Positions 40,248 through 52,683 of a stretch of 64,000 nt of DNA are shown here, one piece after another (within the stretch, counting starts at the first letter, position 1; each line of letters opens with the position of its first letter). The stretch comes from Octopus bimaculoides. Taxonomy: Eukaryota. The translations under genes were made by a program, and so were the position numbers. The notes under the pieces are model-generated. The model was not told where the DNA came from, ran no database searches, and saw only the letters and a list, made by a program, of their open reading frames with translations. The stretch covers positions 46,556,984 through 46,620,983 of the forward strand of contig NC_068982.1 of NCBI RefSeq assembly GCF_001194135.2. The letters are read 5' to 3'.

Positions 40248-40706
40248 CCGAGCCCCACAATACCCGAGTTGATTCCTCCCCCTCCAGTGCCACCCAATCC
40301 GGGTAGCTGTGCAAAGACCAACACAATCTTTGCACAGAATCCGTTTGATGACCAACCAATACCATCTCTGAACATGCCGAACAAACAAATGATGGCACAT
40401 GCCCAACCTGTTGGGCCACCATCCGGCCCCTCTGAGAAGGTCTACCCGCGAAACAAGTCGATGGTCTTTAATCCTGCCAACCCTAATGCCCCGCCCATCT
40501 ACCCTTGCGGCACCTGTCATAAAGAGGTTCACGACAGTGACCAGGCCATTCTCTGTGAGAGCGGCTGTAACTTCTGGTTCCATCGCATCTGCACTGGTTT
40601 GACAGAGGACGCTTATCACCTGCTAAGGGCAGAGGTCTATGCAGAATGGGTCTGCGACAAATGCCTATCGACCAAAAATATCCCACTGGTGAAGATGAAG
40701 CCATGA
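40248..40706 (+). CDS. pygo: Pygopus terminal coding exon: NHD with NPF motif and C-terminal PHD finger
   Basis: Long polypyrimidine acceptor (ttttctag| at 40247). Translation PSPTIPELIPPPP...IFAQNPFDDQ...VFNPANPNAPPIYPCGTCHKEVHDSDQAILCESGCNFWFHRICTGLTEDAYHLLRAEVYAEWVCDKC...KMKP*. C4HC3 PHD with the Pygo-specific EV(N/H)D, AILCE..C..WFHR.CTG and AEW.C.C signatures. Confidence 0.96.
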   Translation, partial: PSPTIPELIPPPPVPPNPGSCAKTNTIFAQNPFDDQPIPSLNMPNKQMMAHAQPVGPPSGPSEKVYPRNKSMVFNPANPNAPPIYPCGTCHKEVHDSDQAILCESGCNFWFHRICTGLTEDAYHLLRAEVYAEWVCDKCLSTKNIPLVKMKP

Positions 40707-41080
40707 AGCAAGTTTGCCAGAGGAATAAAACACAACAACAACAACAACTTCATTCTGATTTTTTTTTTTATCTCCAGTAGTACATCACTACACACATATA
40801 TAAATATATATATATGTATATGTATATATACACATTTATATATATATTTATATATCTTCATAATCATAACACTGAACAAAAGAACTGTATTAGAATATGA
40901 TTGCTGCCAAATCAATCATTACTAACATCTTCATATATCATGTGTCATTCTACAGACAAATCTTTCCTTTTTAAGTTCTTTTTACATTTTTTTTTTATCT
41001 TTTACTTTCTTTGAATAAATTAAAAGAAAAAAAAAGAGAGACGAACAAACAATAAACACCTCTTGTCAACTAGCAATAAA
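40707..41080 (+). other. Probable pygopus 3' UTR with several AATAAA signals
   Basis: AATAAA near 40724, 41014, 41050 and 41074, downstream of the TGA. Which site is used cannot be determined. Confidence 0.45.
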
Positions 41081-41429
41081 GAACTAATTGTTTAAAGCCG
41101 TCCACTGCATAATAATATCTTCGTGTTAGACAACCTGTATTTTTTCAAGGCATTGCCTTTGATTTGTTCATGACTACTGTGCATTTTTGCTTGACTCTCT
41201 TTCTCTCTTTCATTCCCTCTCTCTTCCTCTTTTTGTCTTCCTCTTCCTCCACTTGATTTAAAACTTATTTAATTTTAGGTTGAAAATTATATTGAACAAA
41301 AGTATTCATTCAAGTATGTATTTATTTCTATCATATACTTAACACACATACACACACACACACACACATATATGCAACAAGGGCAAATAAAATGGAGAAA
41401 AGAATACTCAATATTGAAACACAAAACAA

Positions 41430-41630
41430 GGCGGCGAGCTGGCAGAATTAGCACACCAGGCAAAATGCATTTCATTCGCTTTACATTCTGAGTTCAAATT
41501 CTGCTGTGTTCAACTTCGCCTTTCGTCCTTTTTAAGGTCGATAAAATAAGTACCAGTTGAGCATTGGGATCGATGTAATCAACTTACACCCTCCCCTGAA
41601 ATTGCTGGCGTTGTGCCAAAATTTGAAATT
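41430..41630 (+). mobile_element. Family-B SINE just downstream of pygopus
   Basis: ggcggcgagctggcagaatt...gtcgataaaataagtaccagttgagcattgggatcgatg...ccaaaatttgaa. Confidence 0.8.
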
Positions 41631-42514
41631 AAAAGCAAAATGACACATTAGGTTTTATTGAGGCCTGAATAATTTTGCAAGTGTCTCTCCGAATTTCACG
41701 TTATTGATTTTATACATGTATGTATACACATACATATATATTCACACATGTATATAATAAATACAATCACACAGCCAACAGCCTAACTCTTTTATAATAC
41801 CCTAGGCATGAAGTGTACAGTGTCTGCTTCAAGTTTGTATAGGTGAGAGCTTAGTAGCAGCTCTTATACACATGCATGCCTCACACACACACACACATTC
41901 TATGCCTGTTTGTATTCCCATTTATTACCTTAGACACCCAAAAATATAGTAAATCATTGCTACAATTTTTGTGATTTTTTTTTTAAGGTACTGGATTACA
42001 AGGTTCATGTAGCCCTACTACAACCCCCAAATTTTTTTCTTGAAGTCTCCTTTCTGGTCAAAACCTTTAAGAGTTGGCTGGAGAAAGGGGTAACCAATTA
42101 TAATGATAAAATATTTGTGCCAAAGATTAAGGTATGTAAGTAGCTAAGCTTGCTAAAAACAGAATTCCCTGCCATTAGGGGACAAAAAAAATTTATAAAT
42201 TGACAAAGAGGGAGAAAAACAATGGAAATTGTAAGGGAAGGATCTAGAGAAAGAGAAAGGTGTTATTGTACTCCCTACGAAATTCTATGTCTGTCTAGGT
42301 TATACTTTCTCTTTGTGCAGATTCTATGTGCATTTTGATATCACAAGTATGTTGTTGTTGATTGTTGTTGTTTTTTTTTAATTCCTTAAATCTGATGGGT
42401 TGTGTTCGAAGCCTTTTTAAGCCCTCCTAGACTGAAGTTGAAAAACGTGTATGTTTATTGTATGTGAGATGATGATTATCACTTTAAGCTTATCAGTGAA
42501 TGAAATCAGCCATT

Positions 42515-42556
<42 letters not shown>

Positions 42557-43055
42557 TCTCTCTCTCCCACACACGCAGCTTGATAAAGATCTTCCCCTAA
42601 TCACTCCATAACTTTCAGCTTTAGGTACCTAATCTCCTGTTTTTGTTGTGGTTGGAGATATGAAGGGCATCTGATAGTTATATTTTTAGGAGTCATTTGA
42701 GAAGTTCAGGCTCTATTTTAACATGCTACCCCTCTGTGTACTGGCACATATCAACTACAATCCATGACTTATTCGTTTTACTCATTATATTCAAAGTAGA
42801 CTTGTTTCCTGGGTTCCTCTACCTATCACCCAAAGGAAGTGCCATTCAATTGGTGCAACTACACTTGGCAGTCTAGCGTATGTCAGATAGTTATTTCTCT
42901 TCTATGTGCATTTGAATACTCATGATAACATATGATTTAGTGTTTCATTGCATGTTTGTTTGTGTGTATGTGTGAGCATATGTACATTTTCATATTAATT
43001 GAATCTCTTTATTTCACCTAATTAATAACACTGGATGTGGATGATGCAGCTGTTC

Positions 43056-43097
<42 letters not shown>

Positions 43098-43567
43098 TAT
43101 GTTGGTGCAAACTGGTAAAATAGAACTCTAATATAATCGAATATAAGCCTTTGACTTGTGACTAGCTTGATAAGACCCAATGCATGAAACTCTCAGACCT
43201 TGAGTCACTCTGTTACTTCTGCTAGATATTANNNNNNNNNNNNNNNNNNNNNNNNNNNNNNNNNNNNNNNNNNNNNNNNNNNNNNNNNNNNNNNNNNNNN
43301 NNNNNNNNNNNNNNNNNNNNNNNNNNNNNNNNNNNNNNNNNNNNNNNNNNNNNNNNNNNNNNNNNNNNNNNNNNNNNNNNNNNNNNNNNNNNNNNNNNNN
43401 NNNNNNNNNNNNNNNNNNNNNNNNNNNNNNNNNNNNNNNNNNNNNNNNNNNNNNNNNNNNNNNNNNNNNNNNNNNNNNNNNNNNNNNNNNNNNNNNNNNN
43501 NNNNNNNNNNNNNNNNNNNNNGCTAGCATGCAAACAAAATTATACATGATATTTGTTGAGTGCTTTC

Positions 43568-43615
<48 letters not shown>

Positions 43616-43913
43616 TTAACAGACAAAATTCTAAAGCCATGCAGCAATATTAGATTAGCACTGTATCTGATAGACAGTAGCTATATTCATAGGTAGACAC
43701 TTTCTATACTGATAGCTTTTCATTGAGGTGGCGGTGCTTCTGTTGCTGATTATGGGAGGCATGAAAGGTGATATATCTTATTTATAACTAATCCAACTGA
43801 ATGCCAGAATGGTAGTAATGATAATGATATCAACATATCATGCTGACATGAATTGGATGACTCTGCAATGTCTTACATCAACTTTCTTGATTGGTTGAAA
43901 TAAATGCTGATGA

Positions 43914-44056
43914 CTATTGGTAGTCTGCTGGTGTGAACGACTCATGGGATTCTTCAGGCTGCCATTGTGGCATGTGAATTCCAATATGGTGGCTTGAAGA
44001 ATTGCCTGAGTCTTTTGCAAGAGGAAACAGCCAGTAGTTGCCTCTGCTGACTTCAG
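43914..44056 (-). CDS. Candidate terminal coding exon of an unidentified gene ((P)EVSRGNYWLFPLAKDSGNSSSHHIGIHMPQWQPEESHESFTPADYQ*)
   Basis: Minus-strand acceptor ttaatttatttcggttag|, then an open phase-1 frame of 46 codons to TAG. Non-repetitive, GC-richer sequence with protein-like composition. Family not recognised. Confidence 0.45.
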
Positions 44057-45437
44057 CTAACCGAAATAAATTAATACTCACAGTATTGAGTACTTTTTCT
44101 TTTATTCTTTATTATTAATGAATGTGTGTATTTACAAGTGTGTATAATTATATATATATACACAGACACACACAGATGCATGCATGGTTGTTTGGTTTAG
44201 TAGTTTGCTGCTCAACCTCATGATTCTGGGTTCAATCTCACTACATGACACCTTGGGTAAGTGTCTCCTACCTTAGCCCTAGGCTGACCAAATCCTTGTC
44301 AGTGAATTTGGTAGATGGAAACTGAAAGAAGCTCGTTTATATATATATATATATATATATATCCACACACACACACACNNNNNNNNNNTTTATATATATA
44401 TATATATATATATATATCCACACACACACACACATGTTTGTGTCCTTATTCTAACATCTCGTGTCAACATCATACAAGCAACGTCATTCATTTCCTTTTT
44501 TCTTTTTTTTCTTTTTTTGTGAAAGCATGTCTGGCTAAGGGGAAATATTACCTTGTTTGGAAACAAGTGAGGGTAACAGGAAAGGCATCCAACTGTAGAA
44601 AAACTGACAAATTTCATCTTACTCATGTAAGTATGAAAAAAGTAGATGTTAAAATGATGACAATGTAACCTGGTGCGGCTCTTGTCAAACTGTCCAACCC
44701 ATATCAGAAGGGAAAATGGATGTTAAATGATGATAATGATGTGTGTGTGATCATCGTATTAATGTGAACTTTTACATACATGGGTGAGGTGGAATTTGTT
44801 GAGACAGATTTTCTACAGCTGGATGCCTTTCCTGTCACAAACCCTCACCTACATCCAAGCAAGGTTATATTTACCCGTGACCTGACATGTTTTCACAGAA
44901 GATTAAGGATATATATACATATATGTATATATACCTAGACGCACACACACATTTGAGTGTAGAAATGGGAGAAAAAGTACTCAATGCATCTAATAGAGTT
45001 TATTCATACTGTCAAAGCTGGGTTCTTTTTTTTAATTTTTTTTTTTTTCACCTGAAGGATCACACAAAGCAGGGAAAGTCTAAGTAGTGACAGAGTTAAT
45101 CATCAACTTCAAATGAATGTGTATGTATGCCATATTTTTTTTTTGTGTGTACGGTATGGATTTACATATGCTAATGCAAATTAAGGTATCTACATACATA
45201 CACATTACATTTAATATATATCATATACACTCATGAATATCTGCATAGATAACAGTCCACACATACACACCTCTTAATCTCTCTTTCTTCTGGTGCTACT
45301 AAACAGCTCATCTCTGTAACCAAAATATATGCAGCATTCTGACAGCATCATTTTCTTACCTAAGTAGTCTCTCTATTATTTACAACACCTACTTACTATA
45401 AGTTTTACTCTCAACCTCTCTCTACAAATACACACAT

Positions 45438-45482
<45 letters not shown>

Positions 45483-45570
45483 AAGAATTAAATATACATG
45501 CTCATTTAGATTCTATCCAGACAGGAATATCAGAAGATTATTATTGTTATGAATATCATATGATTTGATT

Positions 45571-45643
45571 GTCTTCTATATCATTCAATTCTGTCTTCTA
45601 TATCATTCAATTCTGTCTTCTATATCATTCAATTCTGTCTTCT
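45571..45643. repeat. 22-bp tandem repeat, three and a third copies
   Basis: gtcttctatatcattcaattct repeated exactly at 45571, 45593 and 45615. Confidence 0.9.
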
Positions 45644-45923
45644 GTGTCTAACATTCTGTATGGAATCTGTTGAACATCAACTTATAAATTTGCCAAACTC
45701 TGACCTCTTTTCTCAGTTATATAACACTATAAGGACAAACTCTTTAAACTCTTCTCCTAATATTAACCTCCACACACCATTACATTCTCCCTCTTCTTCC
45801 TTCTTTTTCTTCTTCTTAATTTTCTACTTGGTATTAAACATTATAAGCATGAATTTGTAACAGGAATACAAAACAACTTTATTAACAAGGTCGTCAACCG
45901 GCAAGCAGTAGATAGGTACATAC

Positions 45924-45989
45924 GTGATTCAAATCTCTCATCAGCCTGTCTGCTTTTTCCTTTCTGTCTCAAATTGGTATTCATAATGT
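45924..45989 (-). CDS. Candidate internal exon of the same unidentified gene (IMNTNLRQKGKSRQADERFES, phase 1-1)
   Basis: Minus-strand acceptor gttatattag| and donor CAC|gtatgt. The 66 nt are open, and the trailing C joins CT of the 44056 exon to give Pro, preserving frame. Confidence 0.45.
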
Positions 45990-46432
45990 CTAATATAACT
46001 TCATGTTGAAAATCTTAGCAGTTATCTCTTTCTCTCTCACACACACACACACACACAATCTGTCTGTTATCATTATAAGTTCTATATTTCAAGATTTTTT
46101 TTCTCTTATTCTTCTCCTTTTAGTATCATCTATTTCTTTCTCCTTTCAAGATGTTAACTCTGTTCTTCTGACTTATTTGAAGGAATTCTTGCCTCTAAAT
46201 CTCTAGAGAGTGTGTATGTGTATGTATTATCAAATATATATATATAAACATAAGACTTAGAAATTCCCTATTCACAAAAAAAAAAAACAAGAATTCAGTA
46301 TGGACAATGTAATAATTAGAGTATGTAAAATGTATTATAGTTTATTTTTACAAGTTGTAACATGTTTCAGCTTCAGCAGAGAGAATGAAGATATAAAAGA
46401 GAGATAAATGAATTGCAACTTATAAGAATAAA

Positions 46433-46466
<34 letters not shown>

Positions 46467-46629
46467 TGTATGCTTTTATCTATTTGTTTTGCAAGATTCC
46501 TGATGTGAAATTGTGTGTTCAAACAGGTATTGGTATATATCGAGATGGTTATTTTTTAGAATTCTTTTGCCAAATTAACACATACACCATATATTCATTC
46601 TTCACTTCAGCTTTATTGTTAATACTGTT

Positions 46630-46820
46630 CTATATTTTGCAGATGAGGAATTCTGTACATTATTTACAATGGACGGATAGGTGTCCTCACCTTGTTTGTT
46701 GCTATCATGTTTCAGCTGATGTACTCTCCAGCCTTCATCAGATGTTCCGGTGGAATTTTGAGCCCACCAGAACACCTGATGAAGGCTGGAGAGTACATCA
46801 GCTGAAATGTTGTGAGGACA
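46630..46820. mobile_element. Two head-to-head copies of family H1 terminal repeat forming a 44-bp inverted repeat
   Basis: Arms 46710-46753 and 46764-46807 (2 mismatches) with a 10-nt loop. Each arm contains CTGATGA-a-ggctg...cagct-GAAA. Confidence 0.75.
46773..46814 (+). ncRNA. Minimal type-I hammerhead-like motif with an intact core
   Basis: cac-CUGAUGA-a-GGCUG-gagaguacau-CAGCU-GAAAU-GUU-gug. Stem I is 3 bp; G-U wobbles at 10.1/11.1 and 15.2/16.2; predicted cleavage after U46811. Confidence 0.5.
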
Positions 46821-46850
46821 GCTTTATTGTTGTTCTTATTTTAGTGTTCT

Positions 46851-47033
46851 TTTGTCTTAAATTTTTCATCACACATCCTGTGACCTCTTCAGCAACTCTC
46901 CTCCCACGTCTTCTCCTGTCCTATTTAGTCCAGAAAAAAGACAGAATGGACTAAACAGGACAGTGGGGGAGACACTTGGGATGGAAAATCGATGAAGAGG
47001 TCACAGGATGTATGACGAAAGATTTAAGACAAA
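46851..47033. mobile_element. Second inverted repeat (about 80-bp arms), each arm with a different hammerhead-like motif (family H2)
   Basis: Arms 46851-46931 and 46948-47033. Minus arm reads CTGAAGA-g-gtcaca-ggatg-tgtgat-GAAA; plus arm reads ATGAAGA-g-gtcaca-ggatg-tatgac-GAAAG-att. Confidence 0.6.
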
Positions 47034-49101
47034 GGAATAAGAACAATAATAAAACTGAAATGAAGAACAAGTATATAGTGCGTGTGTTTATTTAGCATAA
47101 ATAAAAAAAAAATGATCATCCTTAAATATAACAGTGTGTGTGTGTTGTACTTCTTTGCATTTAATTCTGTCTGAAGTAGTGTGTTGAAACAGAAACAGTT
47201 GTATCATAATATAGTACTGATAGTCATTTAGAATACATACATATACACTGTTATATTCACTTGTGTTTCATTTTGTGTTAGTACTATTTCAGTGAAAGAG
47301 TGTCAACATATATATATGTGTGTGTGTGTGTGCGTTTATATTTACCAAGCTGGGGTAAAAATTTAGAATTTTGAAGATTAGGTCTAATCTTGTCTGATTC
47401 TATTCTACAGTTAAAGAATAAGCTGCATCAATGTTGGAAATAGAATCTTTTGAATAACTGAAATATTAAAATGGCCTGGTTCTCAAGCAGTTGATAAAAG
47501 TGAAAAATAAAAGTTAACTTTCTTTCTTGGTTTCATCTCCACAAAAGGGCTATAGTTCTGAAAGGGCAACAATATATGTCTTGAAGTTTNNNNNNNNNNN
47601 NNNNNNNNNNNNNNNNNNNNNNNNNNNNNNNNNNNNNNNNNNNNNNNNNNNNNNNNNNNNNNNNNNNNNNNNNNNNNNNNNNNNNNNNNNNNNNNNNNNN
47701 NNNNNNNNNNNNNNNNNNNNNNNNNNNNNNNNNNNNNNNNNNNNNNNNNNNNNNNNNNNNNNNNNNNNNNNNNNNNNNNNNNNNNNNNNNNNNNNNNNNN
47801 NNNNNNNNNNNNNNNNNNNNNNNNNNNNNNNNNNNNNNNNNNNNNNNNNNNNNNNNNNNNNNNNNNNNNNNNNNNNNNNNNNNNNNNNNNNNNNNNNNNN
47901 NNNNNNNNNNNNNNNNNNNNNNNNNNNNNNNNNNNNNNNNNNNNNNNNNNNNNNNNNNNNNNNNNNNNNNNNNNNNNNNNNNNNNNNNNNNNNNNNNNNN
48001 NNNNNNNNNNNNNNNNNNNNNNNNNNNNNNNNNNNNNNNNNNNNNNNNNNNNNNNNNNNNNNNNNNNNNNNNNNNNNNNNNNNNNNNNNNNNNNNNNNNN
48101 NNNNNNNNNNNNNNNNNNNNNNNNNNNNNNNNNNNNNNNNNNNNNNNNNNNNNNNNNNNNNNNNNNNNNNNNNNNNNNNNNNNNNNNNNNNNNNNNNNNN
48201 NNNNNNNNNNNNNNNNNNNNNNNNNNNNNNNNNNNNNNNNNNNNNNNNNNNNNNNNNNNNNNNNNNNNNNNNNNNNNNNNNNNNNNNNNNNNNNNNNNNN
48301 NNNNNNNNNNNNNNNNNNNNNNNNNNNNNNNNNNNNNNNNNNNNNNNNNNNNNNNNNNNNNNNNNNNNNNNNNNNNNNNNNNNNNNNNNNNNNNNNNNNN
48401 NNNNNNNNNNNNNNNNNNNNNNGGTTATAAGCTTTCCTACTGTCTGTTTTATATATGTTCTTTAGAACTCATGTCTGTCCTTCTCTCTTGTTCTACATTT
48501 ACATTATTGTAATGTAATAATGTATGTACATGTTTTTAACCGATCAAGCTTCGACCTCTTTTGGCTGTTGCTTTGTCCTCGCGTTTTTTTTTTAACTTCT
48601 TTTTTTTTGTATTTTTTTCTATAATTTTTATTGTGCCTATACTGGCATTATATATGTACTCTTTATATGTACTGGCTTTCAGTCTTTTGGCTGAGACCAT
48701 GCCGAGAGTTATGTATATATATATATACATATATATGTTACAAGGTTTCAGATTTTTTAGATGAGGCCCTGTTGCGTGTTATATATGTAATGTAATAGTT
48801 GATGTATGTAATTTTATATCCCAAACGTATCCCAATGTTATTTTTTGTAAGCTTTTGTCCATGTATAAACACTTCCCAGAAACTGCACACACATTACTCT
48901 ATGTAATGTATTTTCTAATAAGCAGTATCGCATCAATGATACATATATGTATATATATGTACATATGTATAATATGCATATGTGTATGTATGCTTATGCA
49001 TAATATGCATACATATATATATATGTTTATATGTATATGGATATATGTGTATGTTTAGATATGTGTGTGTGTGTATATGGATATATGTGTATGTTTAGAT
49101 A

Positions 49102-49188
<87 letters not shown>

Positions 49189-49758
49189 AGATATATGTGT
49201 ATGCACACACATATTCCACTCTTCAGATGATAAAGACTCTAAGTGGTTGTAACAACAGAGATGTATGTTTGTTTCCACAAAAACAAAAAAGAAATATTCA
49301 AAAATTACCTGTAACTTCTTTTAATTTTTATTTAAAAAAAAATTATAATTTTATTTTTTATTTTTATTTTAATTTTTATTTTTTATTCTTTGTCTTTATA
49401 TGGAATGAAACAAATCAGTGGTAATAAAACTGTCTGAAAGATATTGAATTTGTTGCTGTTGTTATTGTCAAATTTGGTTACAATATTTCATAGTTTATCA
49501 TTTAAACTGGCCAGATCTAACCTCTCAAGCCTACCCTACAATGTCATTCTAAAAATAGACAATCACATCATTGAAATCTTGAAATGTCTTCTATATAGGC
49601 ACAGGTGTGGCTGTATCATAAGAAGCTTGCTTTCCAGCCACATGGTTCTGAGTTCAGTCCCACTGCATGGTACCTTGGGCAAGTGTCTTCTATTATACCT
49701 CGGGCCAACCAAAGCCTTGTGAGTGGATTTGGTAGACGGAAACTAAAAGAAACCCATC

Positions 49759-49838
<80 letters not shown>

Positions 49839-51020
49839 TAGATTGGAGCCTGGTGTAGCCATCCGGTTGCACCAGTCCTCAGTCAAATCGTCCAACCCAT
49901 GCTAGCATGGAAAGCGTATGTTAAACGATGATGATGATGATGATGATATGTATGTCTGTGTCCCCTAACCATTGCTTGACAACTGATGTTGGTGTGTTTA
50001 TGTCCCCTATAACCTAGCAGTTCAGCAAAAGAGACCGATAGAATAAGTACTAGGCTTACAAAGAATAAGTCCTGGTGTTTCTTTGACTAAAGACGGTGCT
50101 CCAGCAACAAATAAAAGAGAATACTTGATTGAGTCAAAAGAAATTAAATAAATAAGCATTACATTTGACAGAGCAATCTTAATTGTGAATTCTTTGGCTG
50201 ACTCTGTCTTCTATAATCCCAATAAGGAAGTCTGTTGACCTGCTAGAAATAGTAGCTTATCTCCCTTAAATCATGCACTACAGTGATAAATAAGAATAAA
50301 ATCATCTTGGATAATGTAGCCCTAGATGCACTATGTCTCTTAACAAGAGGTGATAATCACAGCTGGAATATTATTGATTATTGGTTTGTTTGTGTTCTCC
50401 TGGAGCCAAAAAACAACAAACAACCTCATTTTTAAATAGATACCATACGATGTTACAACATATCTTCTCAGAAGTTGGACTACCATAAATTTCATGAGTC
50501 TCTTTTGATGTATAGTTTGGTCAGTTCTGATAAGCAGCCTTTTGATCGAAGGCCTTCTATATATTCCACCATTTATTTTATATGTGTGTATATATATATA
50601 TACCTCTTTTTCTTTTACTTGTTTCAGTCATTAGTCTGTGGCCATGCTTGGGCACTGCCTCAAAGGGTTTTAGTCGAATGGGTCAACTCCAGTACTTTTT
50701 CTTCTTTTTTTTTATTAATAAGCCCCATACTTATTCTGTTGGTTGCTTTTGTTGAACCGCTAAGTTAGAGGGACATAAACACACTAACACCGGTCGTCAG
50801 GCCAGAACCATATATTTAGAAAGCAAACTTCTTATCACACTGCCATATTGGACATTATTCAATATGTCCTACTTTTATGACTGTAGAGAGTGATTTGGCT
50901 GTTATTTCTGACGAGCTTCTTTAATTATGTTGTAGTGCTTTCTGTTTTTATTTCATATTGACAAAATAGTGGAGGAAGAATCAATAAGACCAGTATATTC
51001 AAATGTTCATTTCTTAGCCC

Positions 51021-51140
51021 AGCACTGTCATGGTATTAGCTGTCAGAAATGAAAGTAGAAAAATCCAAACAAGGAATGTTACTGCTGGTTTGAGTTGAAA
51101 TCTGTTTCTTTGGCTACTGACTGTCCGGAGCTGTCTGTCT

Positions 51141-51171
<31 letters not shown>

Positions 51172-51829
51172 NNNNNNNNNNNNNNNNNNNNNNNNNNNNN
51201 NNNNNNNNNNNNNNNNNNNNNNNNNNNNNNNNNNNNNNNNNNNNNNNNNNNNNNNNNNNNNNNNNNNNNNNNNNNNNNNNNNNNNNNNNNNNNNNNNNNN
51301 NNNNNNNNNNNNNNNNNNNNNNNNNNNNNNNNNNNNNNNNNNNNNNNNNNNNNNNNNNNNNNNNNNNNNNNNNNNNNNNNNNNNNNNNNNNNNNNNNNNN
51401 NNNNNNNNNNNNNNNNNNNNNNNNNNNNNNNNNNNNNNNNNNNNNNNNNNNNNNNNNNNNNNNNNNNNNNNNNNNNNNNNNNNNNNNNNNNNNNNNNNNN
51501 NNNATCACCGCGATATTGCCATCGCCACCGCTACAACAGAAAATAGTATTAATTGGCTTAAGAGACATGGACTTTTAAATACCCTAAAAATATGCCCCTC
51601 GTGTGGAGCTAGCATGATGGAAGTAGCCAAAAAGTTTTTTTTTCTAATTTGATAAATTCTACGGAAACAAACGAAGGTGGACGAGTGATAGAGAGATAGA
51701 CAGACAGATAGATAGATAGCTCCGGCCAGTCAATAGCCAAAGAAACAGATTTCAACTCAAACCAGCAGTAACATTCCTTGTTTAGATTTTTCTACTTTCG
51801 CTTCTGACAGCTAATACCATGACAGTGCC
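51021..51829 (+). mobile_element. Merlin/IS1595-like DNA transposon, internally deleted
   Basis: About 110-bp TIRs ((g/a)gcactgtcatggtattagctgtcagaa...), a perfect 8-bp TSD cttagccc (51013-51020 and 51830-51837), and internal peptide HRDIAIATATTENSINWLKRHGLLNTLKICPSCGASMMEV resembling the N-terminal CxxC region of ISXO2/Merlin transposases. Confidence 0.7.
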
Positions 51830-52638
51830 CTTAGCCCCTTCAACTAAAGTATGGTTACTTTATTTATTAACTTGAATCATATAAATACTAATGTTGGATT
51901 TGAACTCAGGGAGATGAAATAAATACTGCAAAGCATTCTGCCAATTTCTCTCCTTTGAACTATCAAGGTTAACTTAATTAAATTTCTCTTAAATTACATC
52001 GTACCATCTTAAAAGCAAAAGGACATACTGTCTAGTGAGATTCTAAATACAGTAGACTTGAGAAAAAAGCAAGATGGCATGGTTCTGCTCCATCAGTGTT
52101 GGCTTGGTGCTACATAAATCACCTCTGATTCCAGTTTCTTGTCGTCCTTTTAACATTTAAACCATCCAGAGTAAAGGGAAAAGACCCCCTTTGGTCACAA
52201 CTGACCAAGGGATTGCACCTCAAAAGTTCCCCTCCAAGGCACAAGTCCAGGCAAGGCTGTTAGTGGAAGATGAGCTGTGCCCATGCATATCAGTCTCCTG
52301 TCTCCATGCCTCCAATGTTGTCCATGGGAAAGGCAAAGGTCAATACAGCTTGGCACCAGCAACATTGCCAACAGCTGTATCCAGCCCAAAATATTCTACC
52401 AGTTTAATGTTCAGACTGACCAGATCTGGCCTCTCACACCTACCCTACAATGTCACTCAAAACATAAATAATCACATCATAAAAATCTCAAAGCTACAAA
52501 GATAATCCATGATTAATTCAAATCAGTGTGAATGAATTCACATTACATTTGACAGAGAAATCTGAATGCTAAGGGAACCCGATTCAGCCTCTTTAAATCA
52601 AAGAACTCTAATATCTAGAAACCAACATGCATGCCTAC

Positions 52639-52683
52639 TTGCCTGTTTGCTATGGTCCTGGATAATGATAAAAGTATGTCCCT
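52639..52683 (-). CDS. Weak candidate internal exon ((E)GHTFIIIQDHSKQA, phase 1-1)
   Basis: Acceptor cttacag|; donor CAA|gtaggc, or an alternative GC donor CAG|gcaagt at 52642. Frame-compatible with the 56419-56458 and 45924-45989 candidates, but the polypyrimidine tract is poor. Confidence 0.2.

Noticed and set aside
40114-40704. Minus-strand and alternate-frame ORFs (40114-40422, 40179-40619, 40399-40602, 40483-40704)
   Set aside because: Shadows of the GC-richer pygopus exon; no independent protein signal.
48531-48590. Possible seventh hammerhead (gagGAC...GTCgaagctt on the minus strand)
   Set aside because: The CUGANGA core is absent and stem II is too degenerate.
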